NCBI GenBank assembly: GCA_041619515.1
Contig: JBFKDW010000018.1
Coordinates: 1-43,932 of the forward strand
From: Acidimicrobiia bacterium
GTDB lineage: Bacteria; Actinomycetota; Acidimicrobiia; Spongiisociales; SHLN01
Direction: 5' to 3'
DNA length: 43,932 bases
Part shown: positions 19,601 through 27,524 of the stretch, piece after piece
Layout of the letters: every line of letters starts with the position of its first letter
Numbering within the stretch: the stretch's first letter is position 1
Position numbers and translations under genes: made by a program
The notes under the pieces: generated by a model
The model's input: the letters and a program-made list of their open reading frames with translations, nothing else
Told to the model about the DNA's origin: nothing
Database searches by the model: none

Positions 19601-20160
19601 GGGAGCTCGGGCTCACCAACGGGGACTACATCTGGGTTGACGCCAACCCGGCGGACAGGCCCTATATCGGCTTCTCGGAGTCGGACGAGTTCGCCGAGGT
19701 AGCCCGACTCATGGCACGGGTCACCTACAACCCGGCCTACCCGCCGGGCGTGACCATGATCAAACACGCCTTCTACATGGCGAGCCCCCGTACCGTGATG
19801 GCCGCCAAGACCCGCCCCGACGGGCGGGCTCTTGCCGACACCGGCTATCAGGCGAGCTTCCGCCACGGCAGCCATCAGAGCATCACTCGCGGATGGGCCC
19901 CTCCCATGCACCAGACCGATTCGCTGTTTCACAAACGAGCAGGCGGGATGGGCTTCATCTTCGGCTTCGACGTCGACAATCACGCCATCAACACCTGCCC
20001 CAAGGAGACCCTCGTCAAGGTCACCAAGGCCGAAGACGGCGGCCTGGGCGGCCGGGGACCGTGGTTGGGATCGACAACCGGCACATCACCCGCCCAGGAA
20101 GACCGGACCATGCAGGCCTACTTGAGCGGTGCACTGACCGTGGTCCGAAACCGGGAGTGA
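16696..20160 (+). CDS. nxrA: Tat-exported molybdopterin oxidoreductase alpha subunit, periplasmic nitrite oxidoreductase (NxrA) / nitrate reductase clade
   Basis: Twin-arginine SRRTFL. FS0 motif CAPNDTHQC...PRGCLKG. RAFVRNGVV.RIEQNYD, HRRVYGPYRLK, YTWRGDQ (Mo-ligand Asp), ENKMPE and TPKSRHSVHS match recalled Nitrospira/anammox NxrA motifs. Catalytic direction is not determinable. Confidence 0.88.
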   Translation: MADVSRRTFLMSSAFAAAGAYVTHIGTTLPFLQAAPGIENPLLEYPGRDWESIYRDQYAYDDSFTFVCAPNDTHQCRLRAFVRNGVVVRIEQNYDGANYGDSSGNSSTAAWNPRGCLKGYTLHRRVYGPYRLKHPMVRTGWKEWADDGFPSLSDDPSLRTRYRFDNRGEDTFLRLSWDEIDDYLARGLEAIAETYSGEAGRRRLIEADGYPEEMLEHWEESGVRVMKFGSSLPVHGVAGKFGLFRFANMLSLLDAHVRGVPPDEARGARDWSEYTWRGDQAPGFPFVHGLQAAEVDFNDLRNSKLHVQVGKNLVENKMPESHFFHELMERGGTIVSIVPEYGPQASKSDYWIPVRAGLSDTALFLGVAGELMRRNLIDEPFVKQFTDLPLLIRLDTLQRVRADEVFPGYQPALSSDGPSFELHGLTQEQYELLGDRVIFDDSSQSLRAITREDVGSVLTERGIDPSLTYRAPITLVDGTTVEVATAYVMYQEHLADYDLATVADITSAPPDLITRFVTDVATIKPASFHVGEGVNHYFHATLHNRAVYLVAMLTGNIGRPGAGVSTWAGNYKGGIFHAAPWHGPGVGGYVNEDPFNPLLDPAAPYTFATNRHTIHGEETSYWGNGDHPLIVDTPAEGRKLFTGRTHLSSPTKVMWYNNANLINQAKWAYELVKNVNPKVDLIVDQQIEWTGSAEFADFALPVNSWLEFETLEMTGSASNPFLQIWRGGIDPLHETRDDIAVFAGVARALTRLTGEERFEQYYRFALEGRPEVYLDRVLSAAFTTSDYTVADIMDGKYGEPGGALMLYRTYPRITFFEQIADSLPFYTDTGRMHSYVDIPEAIEYGENLIVHREAVEATPYLPNVIVSTSPYIRPNDYGIGPEEIDADLRQVRNLKMAWRDVKNTVNPLSDQGFRFLCLTPKSRHSVHSSWAVTDWHWIWNSSFSDPYREDTRLPGVGDAIFHMNPDDARELGLTNGDYIWVDANPADRPYIGFSESDEFAEVARLMARVTYNPAYPPGVTMIKHAFYMASPRTVMAAKTRPDGRALADTGYQASFRHGSHQSITRGWAPPMHQTDSLFHKRAGGMGFIFGFDVDNHAINTCPKETLVKVTKAEDGGLGGRGPWLGSTTGTSPAQEDRTMQAYLSGALTVVRNRE

Positions 20161-20161
20161 C

Positions 20162-20452
20162 ATGGAGAGCGGATACCTGGACAAGCAGCTCGAGCCCGAT
20201 GATCCGTTCGCCTTCGTCGCGGTCCGCTACCCGGTGGAGTCACAGCGCGACCAGGACCTGGAGATGGCACGGTGTTTCATCGAGGAGTACGCCCTGATGG
20301 GCTGGCCCGGCTCCCACATCCGGTCATTGTTCACGTCTCCCCTCTATGCGGGGCCCCATGCCATCTACACCCGGTGGGGACCCGACGTGGTCGACGACCT
20401 GATCCGGGAGATCTTTCACATCGAGGAGAGCGGCGATGGCGCAGGTTCATAA
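20162..20452 (+). CDS. Small acidic hypothetical protein between the alpha and beta subunit genes
   Basis: ATG lies 1 nt after the nxrA stop, with GGGAG upstream; the 3' end overlaps the nxrB start. Confidence 0.78.
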   Translation: MESGYLDKQLEPDDPFAFVAVRYPVESQRDQDLEMARCFIEEYALMGWPGSHIRSLFTSPLYAGPHAIYTRWGPDVVDDLIREIFHIEESGDGAGS

Positions 20453-21668
20453 CTGGCAGCTGGGACGGGACATGCGCTACCGGTTCGAGACCGGACAACA
20501 GGAACGCCAGTTCGCGGCCGTCTTCAACATCAATCGGTGCATCGCCTGTCAGACCTGCACGATGGCGTGCAAGAGCACGTGGACGCACTCGCCCGGCCAG
20601 GAGCTGATGTGGTGGAACAACGTCGAGACGAAGCCATACGGCGGCTACCCCGACGACTGGGACGTCAAGACCCTGGCTTTGCTGGATCAGGCGAATCCGG
20701 GAGGCCAGGTGTGGGACGGCGAACCGGTGGAAGGCGTGCGGGCTCCGTATGGACGATTCGACGGCCAAACCGTCTTCGAGGCGGCCGACGGGCTCACCAA
20801 GGAAGCGGTCGGGTATCTCCCACACGATCGGGAGTGGAAGGCTCCCAACCGTTTCGAGGATCACGCCACCAAGTTCTCGGCTGCCGGTGCCAGCCTCCCC
20901 GCTCACGACGGCTGGTTCTTCTACCTGGCCCGGATCTGCAACCACTGCACGTACCCGGCCTGCCTGGCGGCCTGCCCGCGCAACGCCATCTACAAGCGGC
21001 CCGAGGACGGCATCGTGCTGGTCGACCAGGAGCGCTGCCGCGGGTATCGCAAGTGCGTAGAAGCATGCCCGTACAAGAAGACGATGTACCGTCCGACCAC
21101 TCGTACCACCGAGAAGTGCATCGGCTGCTACCCGCGGGTGGAGGGGGAAGACCCGTTGACCGAAGGCCTGCCGATGGAGCCGCGCTGCATGGCCGCCTGC
21201 GTCGGCAAGATTCGCATGCATGGCCTGGTCAAGGTCGAGGCCGACGGCACCTGGACCCGGGATCCAACCCATCCGCTCTATTACCTCGTCCACGAAGAGC
21301 AGGTGGCCCTTCCGCTCTATCCGCAGTTCGGGACCCAGCCCAACATCTACTACATCCCTCCGCGTTGGGTTCCCCGCGACTACCTGCGCCAGATGTTCGG
21401 ACCGGGGGTCGATGCGGCCATCGAGCGGTACACCCGGCCATCGCGCCGGCTTCTGGCACTGCTCCAGTTGTTCAGGGCCAGCCAGCGGATCATCTACTCG
21501 TTCGACGTCGAAGACGGACCCCGGGTTGGTGAAATAGCCGTGGGAGGCGAGGTCGTCGAGCTGTTCAACGACACTGCGGTCGGCTTCGACGAGGACGGCG
21601 GAGAGATCGTGCGCGTGCAGGTCGAAGAGCCGATCTTCGAGCGAGCCGGAAAACTGAATTCCATTTGA
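20436..21668 (+). CDS. nxrB: Fe-S beta subunit (NxrB/NarH family)
   Basis: Four Cys groups: CIACQTCTMAC, CNHCTYPACLAACP, CRGYRKCVEACP (3Fe-4S type) and CIGC...CMAAC. Also NWQLGR, WWNNVETKPYGGYP and PLYPQFGTQPN. Confidence 0.93.
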   Translation: MAQVHNWQLGRDMRYRFETGQQERQFAAVFNINRCIACQTCTMACKSTWTHSPGQELMWWNNVETKPYGGYPDDWDVKTLALLDQANPGGQVWDGEPVEGVRAPYGRFDGQTVFEAADGLTKEAVGYLPHDREWKAPNRFEDHATKFSAAGASLPAHDGWFFYLARICNHCTYPACLAACPRNAIYKRPEDGIVLVDQERCRGYRKCVEACPYKKTMYRPTTRTTEKCIGCYPRVEGEDPLTEGLPMEPRCMAACVGKIRMHGLVKVEADGTWTRDPTHPLYYLVHEEQVALPLYPQFGTQPNIYYIPPRWVPRDYLRQMFGPGVDAAIERYTRPSRRLLALLQLFRASQRIIYSFDVEDGPRVGEIAVGGEVVELFNDTAVGFDEDGGEIVRVQVEEPIFERAGKLNSI

Positions 21669-21679
21669 GGAGGCCACCG

Positions 21680-22432
21680 ATGACCACAGTGCTCGAGCGA
21701 GATGATTGGGTCGAAGCGGTGGCCCGCACGCTCGTGTACGACTTCCTGGTGCGGGGCTTCGCCTACCCGACCCGGACCGAATGGGAAGAAGGCGCCACCA
21801 CGATTGTGCCGGCGGTCGCCCGCCTCCGGACCAACGATCCGTTTCTGGATGGCAGGCTCAGGGAAGCCGTTGCGACCATCGCAGCCGGCAGGTTCGACGA
21901 CGTGAGGCAAGCTCACCTCGAGCTGTTTCCCCCCATTGAATCCCAGGACTGCCCGGCCTATGAGACCGCCTACCGGGGAGCCGAGGTGTTCCAGCAGGCG
22001 CACATCATGGCCGACGTGGCCGGGTTCTACCGGGCCCACGGCGTCCGCCCCGGTGGGACCCACCGGGAGCGGCCCGATCACATCACCACCGAGCTCACGT
22101 TCATGCAATATCTGAGCCGCAAGGAGGCATACGCCCTCGAACACCTGGGGCCGCAACAGGCAGAGGAATGCCGGGCCACCCAGGCCCTGTTCTTGCGGGA
22201 TCACCTCGGGTGCTGGGCTCCTGGACTGGGTGAGCGAATGGCGGCCGTCTCCACCCACCCGTTCTTCCGAGCCCTCGGGCTCCTGTTGGCAACGTGGCTG
22301 GAGCACGAGATGGACGGGTACGGCGTCACGCCGGCCGAGCTGACCGTGCAGCCGCTGCCGGTCCCGCCCGCCTCGGACTCGTGCGGGCTCGACGCCACCG
22401 ACCATCCGGCCGGAGGCGAGTGCTCATGTTGA
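21680..22432 (+). CDS. TorD/DmsD-family molybdoenzyme chaperone
   Basis: CPAYETAY, MADVAGFYRAHG, ERPDHITTEL and FLRDHLGCW motifs; GAGGAGG RBS before ATG 21680. Confidence 0.9.
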   Translation: MTTVLERDDWVEAVARTLVYDFLVRGFAYPTRTEWEEGATTIVPAVARLRTNDPFLDGRLREAVATIAAGRFDDVRQAHLELFPPIESQDCPAYETAYRGAEVFQQAHIMADVAGFYRAHGVRPGGTHRERPDHITTELTFMQYLSRKEAYALEHLGPQQAEECRATQALFLRDHLGCWAPGLGERMAAVSTHPFFRALGLLLATWLEHEMDGYGVTPAELTVQPLPVPPASDSCGLDATDHPAGGECSC

Positions 22433-23418
22433 CCCACCGATGGGGATCGGCCCGACGCATCGCCTTCCTCGCTCTCGTGCTGCTGGGGGCCGTCCTGCTG
22501 CGGGTCGCGGACGTCAACCCGGCAGTCGCTCAGTCCAGGTCGGTGACGGCGTGGCGAGTCGACCAAAGCCCCGGCGTCGATCCCAACGCTTCGGTTTGGG
22601 ATGAGATCAGGCCGACGACCGTCCCCATGACCGCACAGCAGGTGGCGGTCCCTACGGGAGGCGGGGCCGTCTCGAGCATCCGGGCGCGCGCCGCACATCA
22701 TGATGGCACGCTGTTTGTGAGCGTCGAGTGGACCGACAGCACCATGGACGACGGCTCGGGAGCCACCGAGGAGTTTGTCGACGCTGTGGCGATCGAATTT
22801 CCGGCCGAGCCGGGTTCGGCAGTGCCGGCCATCTGCATGGGTCAAGCCGACGGTGCCGTGAACATCTGGCAGTGGCGCGCCGACCGCCAGACCGGCTTGG
22901 ATCAACTGGGCAAGGGAGCCGACTACGTCGACCTGTACCCGAGCACGGACGAGCTCTTCTATCCGGCTCAGCAGGCCGGAAATGCGCTCGCCATACCGGG
23001 GGCGGATGCGATCGAGAACCTGGTTGCCAATGGCTTCGGCAGTCTCGAGCCGGCGGACGTGGGTGTCATCACGGGCCAAGCCACTTACGTCGATAACGAG
23101 TGGAGGGCCGTCTTTGCCCGGCCGTTCACCGCTCCCGACCAATTCCAGCCCGACTTCGAACCGGGCCTGGAGTTCGACGTTGCGTTCGCCGTGTGGGACG
23201 GTCACCACCTCGATCGGGATGGGCAGAAGTCGGTCTCCAGCTTCGTGAGGCTCGATCTGTCCGACCGGCCGCCGGCCCAGCCGGGCGCGCCGGGTGCCGG
23301 CGAGGGGTCGGGGGGCTGGGGGGTGACGCTCACAGTTCTCATCGTCGCCTTCGGCGTGTACGCAGTGATCGTGCTCCGTTCCCCGAGGCCGGAGCCGCCC
23401 GAGGAGCAAGCGGCGTGA
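22426..23418 (+). CDS. Heme b gamma subunit (ethylbenzene dehydrogenase EbdC / NxrC-like) with C-terminal membrane anchor
   Basis: Signal peptide; DAVAIEFP, ICMGQ (Met ligand), VNIWQWRAD and FAVWDG...RDGQKSVS (Lys ligand); Gly/Pro linker and a TM helix at the C-terminus. Confidence 0.87.
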   Translation: MLTHRWGSARRIAFLALVLLGAVLLRVADVNPAVAQSRSVTAWRVDQSPGVDPNASVWDEIRPTTVPMTAQQVAVPTGGGAVSSIRARAAHHDGTLFVSVEWTDSTMDDGSGATEEFVDAVAIEFPAEPGSAVPAICMGQADGAVNIWQWRADRQTGLDQLGKGADYVDLYPSTDELFYPAQQAGNALAIPGADAIENLVANGFGSLEPADVGVITGQATYVDNEWRAVFARPFTAPDQFQPDFEPGLEFDVAFAVWDGHHLDRDGQKSVSSFVRLDLSDRPPAQPGAPGAGEGSGGWGVTLTVLIVAFGVYAVIVLRSPRPEPPEEQAA

Positions 23419-24380
23419 CCACCCGTTCGATACCGGCGGCGGCGGGCACGACCGGCTTGTGGCTCCTCCGCACCGTCGCCGTCGCGGCCGCGGCCGAGCT
23501 GGTCGTGCTGCGAACGATGACGCGCACCGCCATCCACATCCCGGGGATTGCCCGGGTTGAGGGCCCCTACCGGGTAGTGGCTGAGACGGGCCGGTTCGCC
23601 TACTCCGCCGCCGTGCTGCTGGTCGCGGTGGCTCTGGGTTGGATGGCGTGGAAGGAATGGGAGAGGCGACGGCTGACCGTGAGCCTGGCAGCGGTGGTGT
23701 GGTTCCTGGCAGCCGCGGCCGCAGCCCGCCTCGGCCTCATCAGCGATTCTGTGCTGGATCTGTCGGTCATCGGGGGTGTGCTGCTGCTGGCCACCGCCGC
23801 AATCGGCAAGTATCGGGCGCGGGCGCTGCCGGTTCTGTTGTTCGCCATGTCGTTCGCCGCCGCCGGTCTGCACGGCGCCGGCCCAGCCGCCGGGCTGGGG
23901 AGCGGGGTGGTGCTCAGCGCCCCCGACGGCCTGCTGCCGCTCGCCGAGGCGCTCGCCATCGTGGCGTGTCTCGCCTCGCCCATGCTGGTTTCGGGCCGGC
24001 TGCGAAGGGCCCCGCTCGTGGCCGCAGCCGTGGTTGCGCTTGCGACGCTCCTCGCCCTCCTCGCCAGCCCGGCAACGGTCAAGATCCTGCTTCTCTGGAA
24101 TTTCGGACTGGCCGGATACTTCCCGGCCCTGGTGTACGCGGGGGCGTTCGGCACACTGGCGTTTACTGCCCTGACGTCCCGGATGCCGGATCCGTACCTC
24201 GCCGTCGGGCTGGCACTGCTGGTGCTGGGGGGCATCAGCCTGCACAGTTCGTATCAGAGTGGGCTGGTCGTGCTCGGACTGCTCGCCGTCGCACGTTCCG
24301 GTCCGGGTCCGGGCACCGCGTTCGTGCGACACCCGGCCCGCACCGCCGTCAGAGTCTCGCTGCCGGCCTCGGCCGGCTAG
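23415..24380 (+). CDS. Polytopic integral membrane protein of unknown function, last gene of the oxidoreductase operon
   Basis: GTGA overlap with the gamma subunit stop; about 9-10 hydrophobic segments. Confidence 0.8.
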   Translation: MTTRSIPAAAGTTGLWLLRTVAVAAAAELVVLRTMTRTAIHIPGIARVEGPYRVVAETGRFAYSAAVLLVAVALGWMAWKEWERRRLTVSLAAVVWFLAAAAAARLGLISDSVLDLSVIGGVLLLATAAIGKYRARALPVLLFAMSFAAAGLHGAGPAAGLGSGVVLSAPDGLLPLAEALAIVACLASPMLVSGRLRRAPLVAAAVVALATLLALLASPATVKILLLWNFGLAGYFPALVYAGAFGTLAFTALTSRMPDPYLAVGLALLVLGGISLHSSYQSGLVVLGLLAVARSGPGPGTAFVRHPARTAVRVSLPASAG

Positions 24381-25358
24381 CTAGGCGAGGTTGGAGCCGG
24401 CCAGCCAGACGAAGAGGCCGAACACACCGAGAAGGGTGATTCCCTCCCATCGAACCAGGCGGCTGCCGGTGGCCACCAGCCAGCCGGTGAACAGCGTCAC
24501 ACCGAGGAGGAGCAACAATAGAACGCGAAAACCGGGATCGATGGTGCCCGGACCGATCAGGCCCGCCACCCCGCCCACCGCCAGCGCGTTGAAGAGGTTC
24601 GACCCGAGCACATTGCCGAGCACCAGCCCGGTCTCGTTGCGACGGATCGCGGCAACTGCGGTGGCCAGCTCTGGCAAGCTGGTGCCAACGGCCACAAGTG
24701 TCGCCGCAATGAACGCCGACTGGATGTCGAGCTCCACCGCCAGCCGCTCCGCGCCCTCCACGAGAAGCGTGGCAGCCGCCACGGTCACCACCATGGTCAA
24801 CGCCCCGAGGATCAACTCGCGCCGCACCGTCACGTACCGCGCTAACTCGTCCTCCTCATCCATCAGCCCGGATTCGGACCAGCGAATGAGCAAACCGAGC
24901 GCCAGGGCCAGCACCACCAGAAGGACCAGGGCCTCCCACCGCTGGATGTCGCCATCGATGTGCAGGACGACGTAGAGGAAGGTCACGATCAGGACCATCG
25001 AGCCTTCTTGCCTCACGAGTCCCCGGTTGGCGGCAAGCGGCCGCAGCACTGCCGCCACACCGAGCACCAGCGCCAGGTTGGCAACATTGGATCCGACGAC
25101 GTTTGCCACCGCGAAGTCCGTTTCACCTCGGGCCGCCGCCAGCCCGGACACCACGATCTCGGGCAGTGAGGTCCCGAACCCGACCAGCAATGCCCCCACC
25201 AGAATTGGGGAGAGGCCGAGCGAACGGCTGATCCTGCCGGCCGCGACCACAAATCGATCGGCTGCGAGCGGTAGCACGATCAACCCCCCGATGGTGAGTG
25301 CGAGCGCAGCAAACATGAGCAGACCATCGTAGGGAACGGGCCGCACAAGCGCGATCAC
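24381..25358 (-). CDS. Ca2+/Na+ antiporter (YrbG/CaCA family)
   Basis: Two alpha repeats: GTSLPE...GSNVAN and GTSLPE...GSNLFN. The start could be ATG 25316. Confidence 0.92.
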   Translation of the reverse strand: MIALVRPVPYDGLLMFAALALTIGGLIVLPLAADRFVVAAGRISRSLGLSPILVGALLVGFGTSLPEIVVSGLAAARGETDFAVANVVGSNVANLALVLGVAAVLRPLAANRGLVRQEGSMVLIVTFLYVVLHIDGDIQRWEALVLLVVLALALGLLIRWSESGLMDEEDELARYVTVRRELILGALTMVVTVAAATLLVEGAERLAVELDIQSAFIAATLVAVGTSLPELATAVAAIRRNETGLVLGNVLGSNLFNALAVGGVAGLIGPGTIDPGFRVLLLLLLGVTLFTGWLVATGSRLVRWEGITLLGVFGLFVWLAGSNLA

Positions 25359-25587
25359 ACGCCCCGTTGGTGACTAGTCCTTCGACGCGGAGCGCAAACC
25401 ATCCCGGGTTCGAGATATGTGGTCACAGTACCGGTGGTTGGCTGTGTTATGCGCAGTAACCACTGCAGCGCAGCCGCCGCCCACCCGCGGCGGTGTGGGG
25501 CCGCCGGTTCTTTCTTCCCCCCTCGGAGTAGACCGGCGGCCTCACGTTATCCGATCGCCCCTGTCCCCGGCTCCGCCTGCCGGCGGT

Positions 25588-26259
25588 TCACACCGGCAGA
25601 ATCAGATCGGGCCCGTTGTTTCGGACGTTGTTCACGTCGGTCGACACCTCGTAGGTCTCCAGCAAAGAATCGGGCGGCGGCCCCAGGAACGATCGAAGCA
25701 GCTCGACGTCCTGGTTGTCGCGATCGAGCCAGGCATCCCAGGTCTCCTCGGGCAGCACCGCAGGCATGCGATCGTGGATGGGGCGCATGAAATCGTTCGG
25801 CCGGGTGGTGACGATGGAACACGTGCGCTCCCATTCCCCGCCGACGGGATCCTTCCAAGACGCCCACAGCCCCGCCAGTGCCATCGGGGCGTGGGTTCCA
25901 GCGAAGATCAGGTGCGGGATCTTGCGGCCACCGCGGCGAGTCCACTCGAAAAAACCGTCGGCGGGGATCAGGCATCGTCGCGTCCTGAACGAATCTCGGA
26001 ACGCCGGCTTCTCGACCAGGGTCTCCTCACGGGCGTTGATGAAGCGGGCGGCCTGGCGCCGATCCTTGGACCAATGGGGGATCAACCCCCATCCGAAGCT
26101 GCCGAGTATGCGATGATCGTCGTGCTCGGCGATGGCGTACACCCGATCGGTCGGTGCAACGTTGTAATTGGGGTCGAGGTGCTCGGTCTTGATGACGTCG
26201 GCACCGAAGTAGCGGGCGTAATCATCGGCCGAAGCGCTCTGCACGAACCGCCCGCACAT
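25588..26259 (-). CDS. SRAP (YedK/HMCES) abasic-site protection protein
   Basis: N-terminal MCGRF, YNVAPT, INAREET, RCLIPADGFFEW and IHDRMP. Confidence 0.95.
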   Translation of the reverse strand: MCGRFVQSASADDYARYFGADVIKTEHLDPNYNVAPTDRVYAIAEHDDHRILGSFGWGLIPHWSKDRRQAARFINAREETLVEKPAFRDSFRTRRCLIPADGFFEWTRRGGRKIPHLIFAGTHAPMALAGLWASWKDPVGGEWERTCSIVTTRPNDFMRPIHDRMPAVLPEETWDAWLDRDNQDVELLRSFLGPPPDSLLETYEVSTDVNNVRNNGPDLILPV

Positions 26260-26263
26260 CCCG

Positions 26264-26662
26264 CTACTCCCCGGCCGGGCTCCGACGGCCCCAGATTCCG
26301 AGGATGAACCCGGCTACCGCGCCGGCAACCGAGAACACGATGGCTTCGACGGTGGCGTCCCCAAACGGCAGCCATGACCCGCCGAGCAGGCGGTCGTTGA
26401 AGGCGAGTATGGCGGTGGCAAACAGGGCGTTGGCGAGACCGGACACCGCCGCTCCGGCGGCTGCCGCGTTGGAGAGCGGGCCCGATCCGGCGCTGCGATG
26501 GCTCAGCGGAACTGCCACGGCAACCAGCGGCGGCCCGAGATGGTACGTCGTCGCCGGATTGTTGAAAGCAAGCAGAATCCACAAGACGCCGAGCCCAAGC
26601 GACAGGTACAGCAGCCGTCCGGGCCGGTGCGCTGCCTCGTGCTCGGGTGAGGGGGTGCTCAT
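26264..26662 (-). CDS. Hypothetical membrane protein
   Basis: About four hydrophobic helices; ends 4 bp before the SRAP start on the same strand. Confidence 0.7.
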   Translation of the reverse strand: MSTPSPEHEAAHRPGRLLYLSLGLGVLWILLAFNNPATTYHLGPPLVAVAVPLSHRSAGSGPLSNAAAAGAAVSGLANALFATAILAFNDRLLGGSWLPFGDATVEAIVFSVAGAVAGFILGIWGRRSPAGE

Positions 26663-26732
26663 CCGCAGAAGCTACCAGCGCGCAGCCCGTAGCAAACCGT
26701 GGCGCGGAGCACCGGCCGGCCGGGACCCCTCC

Positions 26733-27395
26733 CTAGGCAGCCACCCAGCCCTGCTCGTGTGCCATCTCGGCGAGAGCGGCGACGACCATCGGATCGAACT
26801 GGCTGCCGGAGCCCTGCTCGATGTTGGTGAGCGCTTCAGCTGAGGTCATCGGGAGGCGATAGGGACGCGGGCTCAACATGGCGTCGTACGCGTCTGCCAC
26901 CAGCAGGATCCGTGACAGCACCGGGATCGCGTCACCGCTGGCGCCCTGCGGGTAGCCCTTGCCGTCGATTCGCTCACAATGCTTGAGCACGGTCTCGGCG
27001 ACCTGCGGGTGCACCGAGGAGGCGATCATCTGGAACGCGTACTCCGGATGGTTGCGGACCCGCTGCCATTCGTCGTCGGTGAGCGGTCCCGGCTTCTCGA
27101 GAACCTCGTCGGGAACGCTGAGCTTGCCGATGTCGTGCAGGAGCCCGGCCAGTCGAAGGCGGGCGACCTGGACCGGAACCAGCTCGAGCCGAACCCCCAG
27201 TTGCGACACCAGCTCGGCTACCCGGAACGCATGCTCGGCGGCCCGGCGGTCCCTCTGTTCGAGGAGGTCCAACAGCATCGAGATGGCAGACGGATTGCGT
27301 GCCCCCCGATCATCGAACGTCGGCGTCGCCGCCAGGCGTGCCCGAACCCCATCAATCGACGGAACGGGATGTTCGAAATCGAAGACGTTGCTCAC
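26733..27395 (-). CDS. Stand-alone HD-GYP domain phosphodiesterase
   Basis: EHAFRV, LHDIGK, HCERIDGKGYP, VADAYDAM, RPYR and GSQFDP. Start is uncertain (GTG 27395); the longer ORF overlaps the ABC gene. Confidence 0.85.
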   Translation of the reverse strand: MSNVFDFEHPVPSIDGVRARLAATPTFDDRGARNPSAISMLLDLLEQRDRRAAEHAFRVAELVSQLGVRLELVPVQVARLRLAGLLHDIGKLSVPDEVLEKPGPLTDDEWQRVRNHPEYAFQMIASSVHPQVAETVLKHCERIDGKGYPQGASGDAIPVLSRILLVADAYDAMLSPRPYRLPMTSAEALTNIEQGSGSQFDPMVVAALAEMAHEQGWVAA

Positions 27396-27524
27396 GTCTG
27401 GGCTATCGGCAACAGGCCGGTTTTCTTGAGACGGAGGCCTGCAAACCAGCCAGACGCGAAAGGGTCTTGGCCGCGATAGCTTCAGGTCTGGAGCACAGAG
27501 ACACACATCGAGGAAGGCCTCCGT

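Noticed and set aside
16656..19640. 994-aa alternative-frame ORF overlapping the alpha subunit
   Set aside because: Arg/Pro/Gly-rich with no motifs; a typical off-frame shadow of a high-GC gene.
16696..21668. Canonical narGH call
   Set aside because: Has a Tat signal and a CxxxDxxxC FS0 motif, and an EbdC-like gamma subunit instead of NarI; no narK is present.
25359..25587. tRNA-like GGTTCGA and GC-rich stems in the intergenic region
   Set aside because: No T-arm complement, cloverleaf or CCA end, and no ncRNA family recognised.
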